Below are positions 13,498 through 25,357 of a stretch of 64,000 nt of DNA, piece by piece. The notes beneath the pieces are model-generated. The model ran no database searches and had not been told where the DNA came from. It was given only the letters and a program-made list of their open reading frames with translations. Both the position numbers and the translations under genes were made by a program. The first letter of the stretch is position 1; each line of letters opens with the position of its first letter. Where the stretch lies: positions 6,495,507 to 6,559,506 of the forward strand of contig CAJINV010000005.1 in assembly GCA_905178155.1 (NCBI GenBank). Direction: 5' to 3'. Source of the DNA: Amoebophrya sp. A120. Lineage: Eukaryota > Protista > Dinoflagellata.

Positions 13498-16400
13498 TCA
13501 TACGTCCACCCCGTGCTGCAACACCGTTTCCCCTTCGGACACCGGCCCCTCGGACTGTGTTTGTTCATCCGGATCAATCGTGTCTTCGTGCATTAAATCG
13601 ATCGCCGCATGGTCGCCACTTTGCACGGCCGTGGTCGTTATCAAATGTAAAAGTCTTTGGGTCTGGAAGAGTGCGCGATTTGTCATGCAGCTTTTCCATG
13701 ACCCATGAGGTCTGGAATGCAGGACCTAGCATGACAGATTCTGCGCGATCTTTCTCATGCCTATCCTGCATAGGAAACTCCCTCCCGACTTGGTCAAAAC
13801 TGGACGACATTTGGTAATCATGCAACACAGATCTTTGCATGCTTCAGATTTAGCATGACAAGTTGCATTCTTCCAGACTCAGACATTTTTACATTTGATA
13901 GTCGTACCGCTCCCGACCTGCTGGTCCATGCTGCCGACGCCCGCTTCCGAGTGGCCACTGTTGGCCCCCGCCAAGGTCATCGCACTGTCCGTGCTGTTGA
14001 ACATGACGTGTTCCGAAGGTCCGTCCTCCACCGCGCCATTTTCGTCCCACCACTGATCATAGTTGTGGTCGTCCTTGCCGTAGTTCCCATCCGTCCACTC
14101 CTGCTCCTGATCGTCAAACCCGCTCATGCGCTCCTCGTTTTCCCAATTATTTTCCTCGTCATTCAGGTCCGCCCGCGCCGCCGAATTCCGGGGTCTTCTC
14201 GCACCCGTTCCACCAGTGCTGCCATCATTCAAATTCCCCGGTTTCCCCATCCCCTTTTTATTCCCTTTGTTCATTTTCCCCATCTTCCCCATCACGCCCC
14301 CGCCCGTGTCGCCGGTCTGCACCAAGCCGAGAGCCCGCGCATTCTCTAGCGCTTTTTCCTTCGCGGCCGCGGCTTTTGCCAAGGCCGCCGCCTTGGCTGC
14401 GGCTTTCGCCTCCGCTTTTGGGCCCTTGTTCGTCCCGAGAACTTCCGATGTCTGGTCGTAATTCACCAGCGTGTTGTTAATCGTGTCACAGAACATCACC
14501 GGCTCCTCTAATCCGAGCAACACCAAAGGGTCCGAAAGATTCTTCACGGTGATCTCCACTCTGCTGCAAACCTCCTCTGGATTTGGGAAGCACAAAGGGG
14601 TGGAACCCGCGACTACCGACCCGTGGACCACTTTGGCAGAAACGATCGAGCGGGATAAGAGTAGCAACTCGTTTGTGTACCGCTTGTTCGCCATAATGTC
14701 GGCCGCGGTCTCCGCTGTTTCGGCTGTCAAACCGTAAATCACCACGATCCCGTATTTCGGACACGCAATCAACTTCGCGTGCTGGTACTGGTTTTGGCCC
14801 TCGTACCGTTTCCGGCAAAAGCAACAGCACATCCAGGAGAAAAGGAACAGAGGTGGGATTAAGCTCCACCAGAACACCTTCCAGAAAAACTCCGCGTAGA
14901 AATAATTGTCCACTTGAGCGTCGTCGAACGAGTACAGCGTGGCGTTTTTTTGGCGGACGACGTCCCGTAAGACGTCTTCCTTCAGCATGAACTCTTTCCG
15001 CTGTGATTTTCGATTATCCTCGTTCGCTCCCACCATGGATTTCCGGGACACGTTGTTCCGGCAGCTTTGCAGCTTCATCCCGCGGGACGACATGGCTTCG
15101 GGCGCGTGGATCAGCATGGCAGACAGCAGAGCCTCCTCATCCTCGGAGGCAGAGGAAACGTGGTCCGACGTGGTTCTTGGTACTGGCAGCGGTGCGTCGG
15201 AATGTGATTTGTGGGTCGCCCGTTTCCCCCGTTTCCTCGTCCTCGATGCGGAAAGAGCGGAAGGACTGTCGTCGGCGGTGCTTTTCGAAGCCTTGGACGG
15301 CGACCGGCTGTACTCGAAGGCTTCGGAAGAAAAAGCATCGTCGTGGCCGTAGTTCTCCGTCGTCCTCCTATTGCTGTTGTAAGCCGATCCGTACCCGTCG
15401 TCGCGTTTCATGTGTGCTCGCCCGCTGGTAAATTTCTCCTTCGCTTCCAGCACCGCGGTCACGGTACGCATGTATCCCATGTAGAAACGTCCCCACATCA
15501 TAATCAAGATGGCGAGCCGGCTAGACAAGGCCACAAGTTTTGGCTGTCTTGCATGACAAATCTGGGCTCGTAGGGTAGTGCTGTTCGAGCTAGCTCAGCA
15601 GCATCACGGATCTAGTATGTTATGCTGAATGGAGCATGACAAATTGCAAAACACGAAGAGAAAATGCTTCTCATGGGGCTCCGCATGAGAAAATTTTTCA
15701 GCATGCAGATTTGCATTACAACCACGGGGTGGGGACGTTTTTGAATACGATAGCATGGGCCCGAAATACTTCGAAGGGTCCGGTGCGTCGTCGGTCTTCC
15801 GCGACCCGGGATTGATGTTCGCCGAATCCCCCGCGCGACCACTCTGCGGCTTTGCGTAAGAAAACGACCCGCTATTTGAAGAACTCCGTCCGGGGACACT
15901 GACTCCGTCCGCATTGCCCCGTTGCAATTCTTTCGCGGCCTGGTTGTAGTCGGCTTGTTGTGGTGGCCCCGCGCGGCCCGCTTGGTGAGCCACCTCATTC
16001 CTTCGGTTGGTCATACCCTGAAGATCTCCGCTCTCGTCGCGCATCTTCTGCCGCTTCTGGTCATTAGGACTCCCGTCCTTTCTCGCGTGCTTCGGTAAAA
16101 GTTGCTCCGTCTCGCTCGTTTCGGGGCTGGAGCCGTAGAGGTAGTTGTTCTTCTGAATAGACTTCTTAGAACGTCTATTTACCTTGTCCATCACATTTGG
16201 GGTCTTATTCAATTCAGCCGCCTTCCGCTGGAGTAATTCCGACGGCTGCTGCTGCTGTTGTTGTTGTGGTCCTCCCGGGCTGTAGTTGTGGATTTCCATC
16301 GGCTGTTTCCAAAAGTTGTCTGCTTCCTCCCCCGGAGGTCCTCGCCTATTTTGATTTTCCCTCCTCCCACTCGGCGAGGACGCGGCGGCGGCATTTCTCG

Positions 16401-16761
16401 GTGCAGTGGCAGCTCTTTGGAAATTCTCAATCGGTCTGGCGCGCAAATTCGTATTCTTATTGCCGTATTTATTTCCGTATTCCAAACTGAGCACGGTCGC
16501 CGGCTTTGACCGGTCGGGGCCAAAGCGGGATAAGTCCTGGTTGTCCAAATACGAAGTGGCCGCGACTTCCCGCCCCAGCGCATCGTAGTGCTTGTTCGGA
16601 TCTTGCGATGGGAGTGGTCGCGCGGCAGGGCCGGTCACTAAACTAACCCCGGCCTGGAGTTGTGGTCTTCCGGTAGTTTTTTCGGGATGCTGCGCGAGGG
16701 AGGGCGGGGCTTGCTTATTTTTTCCCGCTCGGCTTCGCTGGTCGTAGAGATTAGGTAACAT
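13498..16761 (-). CDS. Hypothetical membrane protein, ~903 aa: one TM segment, Cys cluster, possible PH-like domain
   Basis: Exons 16761..15753, 15467..13901, 13633..13498; joins FGPM|RTVT and SGTT|TAVQ; spliced length 2712 nt. FFWKVFWWSLIPPLFLFSWMCCCFC is hydrophobic. The PH-like domain (LLGLEEPVMF) is a weak inference. Start and stop are uncertain. Confidence 0.7.
13639..13900. mobile_element. Introner family A
   Basis: Family A TIR; TSD gtcgt/gtcgt. Confidence 0.93.
15473..15752. mobile_element. Introner family C
   Basis: TATCC..AAACGTCCCCAC / GTGGGGACGTTTT..GATA; TSD gcatg/gcatg. Confidence 0.92.
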
Positions 16762-17170
16762 TTTTGAGAATGGCAGTCGGTCGTTATTCTTCACAAGTAG
16801 CGTAATTTAAAAAAGTTGAAGAGATGTTGAGTCATGCTGTTTTCCTTGTTGCACCCAAAGTGCTAAAACTTCTCCTTCATAAAGTTTCGACGAGAGCCGA
16901 AAGCAAGGAGTAGTATGTTTCTTCATCACAAACAAATTTTGGAGACATCACGAGAAGGCACGAATCACAAGGCAATTTTGGAGGAAATAAATCTTGAGTC
17001 GAGGCACGAATACTTGCATTTGCCATGCGCCCCAGCAGCGAAGTGCTGTCTGTACAAGAATTTACCGACGAGCGCAGGCTCTACGCTTTTCAAGGCGTCT
17101 GCAAAAAATTTCTTTTCGTCGCCCGCGATAGACCCTGCGAGTGCTGTATAGGACTTGGCAGCCGTGGGGT

Positions 17171-17537
17171 TCAAGTGCTGCGCAGGACTTCTTAGCACAC
17201 CTATTACGTCCTTCTCTATGCGCAGGACGTGAAGTGGTGCGCACCGGTTAGTTTTTAGCACAAAGTGCTACTGGCGCGCACGAGTTAACACTAAGTGGTG
17301 CGCACGACTTAGCGTGAAGTCGTGGTGCGCACTACTTAACACAAAGTGGCGCGCACGACAAAAAATTGCGCACGACTTAACACAAAGTGGCGCGCACAAG
17401 TTATGTTGCGCACGACTTTACACTAAGTGGCGCGCACGACTTAACAAAAAATTGAGCACGACTTAACACAAAGTGGTGCGCACGACATAAGAAAAAACAA
17501 TGCGCAGGACTTAACACCAAGTGCTAGTGCGCCCACG
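17171..17537. repeat. Degenerate minisatellite, ~23-bp unit AAGTGGYGCGCACGACTTAACAC
   Basis: More than 10 recurrences of GCGCACGACTTAACAC-like units. Confidence 0.8.
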
Positions 17538-20500
17538 TTAAGGCAGAGCGCATGGCGCGGGGCAACAGCGATGGGCCGCTGAAACGCAGCTACAAGTATT
17601 TTTGCTTCGACTCAAGAAGCAAGAATGTTGGTAAATTAAACAGTAACGAAAAACTAACACAGAGGGGTCGCTAATTATTGAAAAATGTAAATCGCACACA
17701 CGAGTTTGATTCTCTTTCATTTGTGTGCGCAACGACCTGCTTAAGGTTTGAGGGAAAGTCAAATCTGTGCTGATGCTCAGAAAGCCACATCGTGCCCAAA
17801 GCGTAGAACGAAACAAGTTTGCACCGAAGACATGAAGAGTGTTGCACAACCGACGCGAAACTATCATCAGAAAAACTTCAGACCGAGATGGAATATTTTC
17901 GGACTTGCGCTACCGATAAAAAGAAGGTAATAGGAGACCCTCTCAGGCGGCATGGCGCGAGACTTGCTGCAACCGACATGGACCCGCAAGGGTACATACA
18001 ACGTGAGTAAGTACACCGATGCGACGAGCGACCGAGCAAGAATTATTTCGATCTAGGACATCACTACTAACGCTTTTCCTTTATCAGCTCGAAGCGAGAG
18101 TGCGCGATCGAAAAATACCGAAACGCATTACATAAAACGCGCCTACCGACACTCTCACCAACCGCAAATCGACAGGCTTTGCGAGTGGCTGCGGGAGAAT
18201 TTGAATCCGAGCCGAAAAGAAGTAGGGCGGAACTTCTAGCACGGTAGTTGGGCACTTGTGATAGGCGAGACGTCGAGCCCATATATAGGGCCTCGCGTCT
18301 ATGGAGGCAATTTCGATGGTTTTCGTTCGTGTTGGAAAAAGCGACCAGGCATGGCATCGGGATCAGGAGCCTTCACAGCCGACCCTAGCTCGGCATCGCC
18401 CCTCCCCCGGCGGGGAAAGCGCGACGCCCGCCCCGCACGGCGCTCCGACCGCAGCGCGTTTTCGGTGCCCCCTGGCCTCCTTTCATCGGTCGCGCCGCCG
18501 GGTGCGCGCTTGGACAGCCCGCGCCGGGCGAACCGAAGACCCGGGAAAAGAAAGGGGACGGGGGGGGGGGGGGGTGTGCGGCAACGAAGACGGACGCGCC
18601 AGCCGCAGCATTGCACTGACAGCACATGCGATTTGTTTGCAGGGATGACAATAGACAACACAAAGAGCGCACATCATGGCCCTTCTTAGTAATTTGAAAT
18701 CGATCTCGGAAGGTCGCAAGCATATCCTTGTCTGTTCCCATATCTAGAAAAATTTTCTAAAATTTGAAAAATCAAATTTGACGCCGAACGCAACCTAACA
18801 CATGCTACCTGGTATGTGCGATCATCAACGACTCAAAATAAGTGGACGCATATACATTCTATGTCATTTGGCATCGTATTTTGACGCGTTTAGACCACGC
18901 TCCTGATTTTCACAATTTAAAAAATTTCAAGAATTTCTGAGAATGGCATTGAAATAGGCAGAGTCTGGCTCTACAGATCAAAACACATTACAAAAATGCT
19001 TTAACAGTCTCAACGTTTGCACTGTTTGGCTGGATTTTTCTACATATATAACATAAAATACAGGATCGGGATTTTCCAGAATTTTTAAAATTTCTTGAAA
19101 GGCTATAAAAAGAGGCCTGCTTCCTGTTTGTGCGTGAATGGATGTCGTATATTGGCGACAATTTCACTCATTATGCTTTGACTTAGTTCTATTCCATTCG
19201 TTAAAGCCAATTGAGCCGAAGGCAAAAATTTTTCAAAATTTGTGCATTTGAAAAAAAAGTCCACAATTGCTTATAATAACAAAGGAAATTAGATAAATCG
19301 TGTCCCAAGTGAAGCTTTACAGGGAGACTTTTGTATTTTTTGCCTTGTTTTACTTATTTATCAAGATATATCAAACCGGTGGAAATTTTCAAAAAAAATC
19401 AAAACTTGCCCAAATTTCCCAAGTGGGGTAATTCTAGGGTATCTAAATCAAGAAAATGAGAAAAATTACTTAGAGTCATGCGATATTCCCTATTTTAGCT
19501 TAGCAACATCCCTTTATAACTTAGAGGCGCAGCAAATCCCTTTTTCTTGGATTTTGAAAATTTTCCAAAAAAATACGTATGGTCACACATGTGTGATAAA
19601 AAAGACAAAAAAAACTAACAACGTGGGTGCTATTTAAGTCCGTGGCTTCCAAAGAATTGTGATCCACCTGGCACAGGATGGCCGCCCTCCAAATCTTCTA
19701 GAATTACCAAGAAAAAGCTTCTCCACAATCACAGTAGCCCCCACCTGATGTGTGCAGGGCAGAAAGTGCAAATGCGGTTGCAGGGTGCTCTGTTTTATTG
19801 CTTTCCGCATCGGATTGCGACCGTCATAAGACGCGCCGCGCGCCCGATGGCCGACCGGATTTTCCGAAACTGAGCCCCTACTCATTGCGGCAGTTTTGGC
19901 CTGCTTTGCGCGGTGGAAAGAGGCCGCAATAGCATGCGGTGCCACGGACGAGCCTGCGCACACTGCTGCCGCCGCGCGGGCGGGGCCATTGGTCCGTTAC
20001 GGAGGGGGGCAATCCAGGATAAGCGCGCCGGCTCTGCGGCGCAGCCTGCTCCCCCTCCCTACCCTACCCTGTGGCGCCGCCGCGCCTCTCCGCCCCCGAT
20101 TTGCGTGCGCGCTTTTTCTTGCTTTGGCGGTCGGGGCGCCACCGTCGGATCAGCGGCGTCGCATGGTGCGCTGCTGTTTTGCAAGGTCCGATGCACGCAT
20201 CCCAGCGGCAACACTCGTCATTTGAATCTGTTCTAAGAGCGAAGAGGCAAGTCTGCGCCAAAGACATACCTGAGCGACTTTTGTTTACAGTGGCCCGCAG
20301 CTCGGCTTGCGTCGTGTTTTTTTTTCCTCGAAAGTGATGATGAATTCAAACCGTGAAAACCCAAACCAGTCTGTATGATTGAAACAAAAAACTCCACGAT
20401 AGTTATCAAACGTGAGATGAAGATGCAAAGTAGCGAACGCGGTCTGAAATCTGATAAAATCGGGAAAGGAACTACATTCGTCAGTCTTCAAACCCAAACC

Positions 20501-20789
20501 TTAGTTGTTTTTTTCCATCCGCGGAAGGTTGTATTTCTGTCGGATAGAAATTCTTGTAACTAAAGACAACATTACGAATACGAAAAATTCGTATACTACC
20601 GCCGCGGTGCTAGTTTTTTCTTCTCGTGTGTCCGCTTGTGCAGTAGAACAAGGTTGTTGATCGTGTTTTGACGTCGGCAGAGCCTTCCGGATCATTTCTT
20701 GGTTTTCGCAGAACAGACACGCGGCACCGTCATTTTCGGGGAATAAAAGAGAAGATCACATAAGGAGAAATATTTCTCACCCGTCGACC

Positions 20790-23700
20790 ATGGTAGAGCA
20801 GGTAGCTTCTTCGCCGAGCACTTCCAGCTCGGAAACCAGTGCGGAAATATCAACGGCAAATATGTCTGGGTCAGGAAGACTGCGAGGTTTGTGATGCTGG
20901 TCTGGCATGACTCTGGACTGTGTGTTGCGTGGCCACGACCAGCTCCCTCTGTCTGTTATGCAAGAACGCAGCTCCTCATGCGGAATACGCAATACAGCGC
21001 GACGAAAAAACCTGTCATGCTTGGCGGTGCATTACAGAGTGCTTAGTATTCACTGACTTGCATTACAACTTTCCAGACCCAGACATATTTGCAATGCATA
21101 AAAAACTCGGTTCGCGTATTCGATCGTCGTGTCCAATCTACCTCCGGTCAGCACATATCCTGTGCAAAAGTATCGTACTCGTATTGCGATCATGCATTAC
21201 AAATCTTTTTCTTCAGGTAAATCCGCATTACAAATTTTATTTCATGCTTAGGAAATTTGTAATGCATGACGTGGCCTAGGTACGCACATACGACTCGGCG
21301 CGCCAAATCGTATGTGGGGCGTTACAATTTTCGCGCTTTTTTCATCGAGAAAACCCGCCAAAAAGCAGCACCGAGCCCGGTGCGGTTTGTAACGTATGGC
21401 AGCACCGAGCCCGCCAAAGTATGTCTTTTTGCCCACCTACAAAATTCGTATGGTAGCGGCGCGCCTTCACAATACATTTTGGCGCACCGAGGCGGCGCGC
21501 AGAAACTTCGCTGGGAAGCGCCCGCCTTTGAAACATTATGCGCCTTCGCTGTGTACTTGCTTCTGTCATTCCTCGCGCCCGCATGATGTACGCCCGCGCG
21601 CGCCTTTGCCCATCGCATGCGCGACGCGCCGCGCAAGTCGGTGGCCCCAGACTAGTTTCGCACGCCTGTCCCTGGTGACGCGGGCGCCTTCGCCTGCTGC
21701 GTTTTTTACTTTGCCCTCGAACGCGGGCCAAGGTCCGGGCTTTGCTTTTCTACCCGCCAACAAGGCACGCGCGCGTGGTCTCGCGACTTAGCCGACGGGC
21801 CCCCCCCCCCCCCCCCCGTGTTCCGCCCGTCTGCTGCTTCGTTCGTGACTACAAGTTGGCGCACCGAGGCCGTCAGCCTCGGTGCACCGAGGCGGCAATT
21901 CCGAAAAACTTGCATTTTTGGCCTCGGTGCGCCATTTCGTATGTGCGCCCTGAAGAAACTTCTTCTAGCCTCGGCGCGCCAACTTGTAGTGGCGTACCGA
22001 GGCCACGACACTACCGAGGCGACGTCATGCATTTATACGAGTACGATACTTTTGCAGTTCATAGCACAAGGGCCGAGCTGAAAACATACTTCGGGGAAAA
22101 GTACAACTTTCGTTTTGCGTCTGTTTTATTTGTCATGCAGTTTTACGCATGCATGGAGATAAACTGTGATTGTGATGCGAGTTTGACAATTCAGAATTTT
22201 CCATCAAAAATGACCACTCCAGATGCGGTCCGGTGTACGGTGTGAACTTTGTTCCTGGCGTCAATCACGCAGTCGCAGTGGTTGAATTTGGGCGACAGGA
22301 CTCGCTGAAGGCTGCTCTCCTCCTCGAGGGGAAACAGGCGTTGTTCAAGATGCAACCCATTGCGATCCGGGCGAGCAGCGAAATCCGGAAGGAGCTGCAC
22401 CTGAAAAAAACCCAGTTATCCACCGTGGAAGAGGAGGAGGAGGAACAGGACACCGGCGGGAACACGGGGTGCAGCGCCGCCAGCGGGCAAAGTGACGAAC
22501 TCGAAGGGGGCATGTCCTCCTCCAGATGCAACTTATGCATTGCAAAAGTATCGCACTCGTATAAATGCATTTGTCACATTACAGATTTCCTTCGCATGAA
22601 AAATAAAATTTGTAATGCTGCTTTACCTTAAGAAAAAGATTTGTATTGCATGATTGCAATACGAGTACGATGCTTTTGCACTGCATACAACTCAACGAGG
22701 TGCAATTCCGGGGACAACATTTCTTCGTCCGAGAACGAGCAGCCGGTGAACAATCATATGCACCATCATCCGCAGAACGCCGCCCATACGCCGCCACTGT
22801 ACACACCGAGGGGGCCAGTGTATAACCATGCATCATCTAACGGAGGCGAAATGGTGGATCACCAACAGCAGCAGCAGCAAGTCGCTAACTACCAATCGAA
22901 CAGTAGCACTACCGCGCCAAATGAATACTCGACTTTTCCGCAAGGCGGGGGTGGTGGCAACGGCCAGATGGTGGCGCAGCAAGCGCAGCAGAATGGAGGA
23001 ACTCCGGTCTTGCAGCAGCAGCAACTGATTCTAACACCGGAACAACAGCAACATGCGGTAGCGCAGCAGCAACAACAGTTTCAACAAATTCCGCAGCACG
23101 CGGTAATCGCTGCACCCCCAGGGGTACATCAGCCAGGAGGATTACAACCGGGAATGATGGTGCAGCAGCACCAGCCCCCACCGTACGTAGCGGCTCCACC
23201 CGGGTACGCAACAAACTTTGCCGTGCCGCCGGGGACGATGGGAGGACACCAACCCGGGGCTGCGCCAACTGCAGGCCCGTACCATCATCCCTACGGGAAT
23301 TTCCCGCCACATCAACAGCATCCGGGGTTGTTGCCGCACCACCCGGCGGCGCACATGGTCGGCGCGGCAATTTCCCCAACCACGGGACAGCAGCAGCTGC
23401 CACCACCCGGTGCACATCACGGCATGCCGGGTCATCCGCAGCACCCGATGGCAGTCGGAGGTGTTCCGCCACCCGGTGCTATGTTGCACCACCACCCGAT
23501 GCAGGCTCCGCCGGGAATGATGGGTGCAGCGGTCCCACCGGGTGGTCACCTTCCGCACCAACAGCATCACCCCGGTAGTTTCATCCCAGGAGCCGCACCG
23601 CACCCGCATGCGCATCACCAAATGACTTTACCCGGGATTGTCCCGCCCCCAACCGGTCAACATCTCCCGGCGGGTGCAGCAGCTGCGCATTTTCCGGGTC

Positions 23701-23915
23701 CCCAGAACCCAAATCCAGCGGGGTTGCTACTTGATCCGAAAAAGGTCGCTTCCGCGGTGGAAAAAGCCGGGAAGTTAGTGGAGAAACAGGAAAAGAAGAA
23801 GAAAAAAGAGAAAAAGGCGAAAAAGGAGGATATGCTGGTGGGAAAGGCGAGTAAGTACCATTCCAGCAGCAGTGGTGCGCAGGCGACTGCAACGGCCGCC
23901 GGGGTGAAGAAATGA
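20790..23915 (+). CDS. RRM-domain RNA-binding protein with P/Q/H-rich tail, ~557 aa
   Basis: Exons 20790..20847, 21106..21155, 22069..22100, 22223..22533, 22693..23915 (1674 nt). Spliced sequence YSIVVSNLPPVST|RAELKTYFGEK|CGPVYGVNFVPGVNHAVAVVEF has an RNP2/RNP1-like pattern. Three introners and one GT-AG intron (22101-22222). Confidence 0.8.
20848..21100. mobile_element. Introner family A
   Basis: Family A TIR; TSD ggaaa/aaaaa. Confidence 0.88.
21156..22063. mobile_element. Introner family B carrying a nested MITE
   Basis: TATCCTGTGCAAAAGTATCG...CGATACTTTTGCAGTTCATA; TSD gcaca/gcaca; collinear with 47649-47793 once 21268-22026 is removed. Confidence 0.92.
21268..22026. mobile_element. GC-rich MITE nested in an introner
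   Basis: Imperfect TIR GACGTGGCCTAGGTA / TACCGAGGCGACGTC; flanked by atgcat/atgcat; internal CACCGAGGC / CTCGGCGCGCC repeats. Confidence 0.82.
22534..22687. mobile_element. Introner family B
   Basis: TATGCATTGCAAAAGTATCG...TTTTGCACTGCATA; TSD caact/caact. Confidence 0.92.
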
Positions 23916-25357
23916 GTTGAGGGAGGGTTTTGAATTATGCAAAAATTTTTTCCGCAATTGCAAATTAAGTTGTAAATTCTGAGATGCCGATTCGAGTATT
24001 TTTTCAATATTTTCTGATCACATTTTTTATTAACTTTTTTAAACAGCATGGCGTGCTGAGTGTTTCAAAAAACGATTTCCGGTATGATAGATTCAAAATT
24101 GTATTGTCAAACTGTTGAATTGTCGAATTGCCGAAGCTAGAAAAGTTTCCTAGAAAATTTCCTAGACCAGTATTAGATCTATCACAAGCTGCATTTCAAT
24201 CAGAGAGGCGAAAGCTTATTTACGCCACTATAATAATTTTAGCCGAGAGGTTAGGTCGGTTCCGGTTGCGAACAGACAGTGCAGCTCGTCGCCAGAGAGG
24301 ACGAGGTTGTTGAGGCGTTTACTTTGACATATATGTCCTCTCTATTCTTTTGAACTATCCTGTTGTCGTGATTTTTTTCTTCTGCCTAGCAGCTAAAATG
24401 TTGTTCGATTTTTAGAAGAACTCTGTCGATTTTGGTCCCCCTTGCTTGCATCACAGCTACCTCCGTGCACTTTCAAAAAGCAAACTGCGAAACTGATTTT
24501 TTTGAATAGCCGAGCGGATTTTGATTTTCATGTTTTGGAAACGAAAATTTGTATACAGTGCAGCGAGCAAATGCAGCGAGCTCTTGCAGTAGATTCTCAT
24601 ATGATGTTCCGCTCCTAGTTATGAATAAAAGCAGGAGAGAATTATTCTTCTTCCGTTCGAAAAAGGCATCCAGTACTGCACAGAATAGAGCAGTGCAGCC
24701 GTTCTGATTCTGAAACGAGCGCTTTTCTGCACTGCCAAAGATCCCGATCACTACACTAGCGCTATGCATTTTCTTGTCGCGTTTATTCCGGGTGAAGACT
24801 CGCAAATTTATTTGAAGGAAAGAATTCCTGCTATCAAGAACTGCTCCACCGATCTCCGGTAATATACATACATAACCAGGGCGACTACTTTTCTAGTGAC
24901 GACCGGCGGCACTCTTAGTATGTGTGTGAGCTGTGCTTTTAGAGTAAGTATACCTAAGAAGTCCTCCGCCTGGTGAACCAAGTGAACTGTAAGGAAATTA
25001 TCACTACAAAAATCTTAAAAACAAAAAAATTTTTTGCGATCAGTTTCATCGCGCTGTTGATATTAAAGAATTGCCGCTTCTAGTGAAGTAGATTTGTAGT
25101 GCCCTAGTACTACGCTGCGCCCGACGTGTATCAACTTTTTTTGAAGCATCTTCACAAGCACCAATTCCGAAGGATGTTCTTGAGCCGCGCAGATGAAGTA
25201 ACGATGGGGAATTTATTCATGAAGTTCTGCCCTGAGGAGCTGCCGCCGAACGGGTCAAGGGCTTCTCGCGTCGTGTGAAGGAGCTGTAACATCACTTGTG
25301 GAGAACAAGAACAAATAATTTCCGCTTGTTCATCCCGGCGCTCGACAGAAGAAGAAG

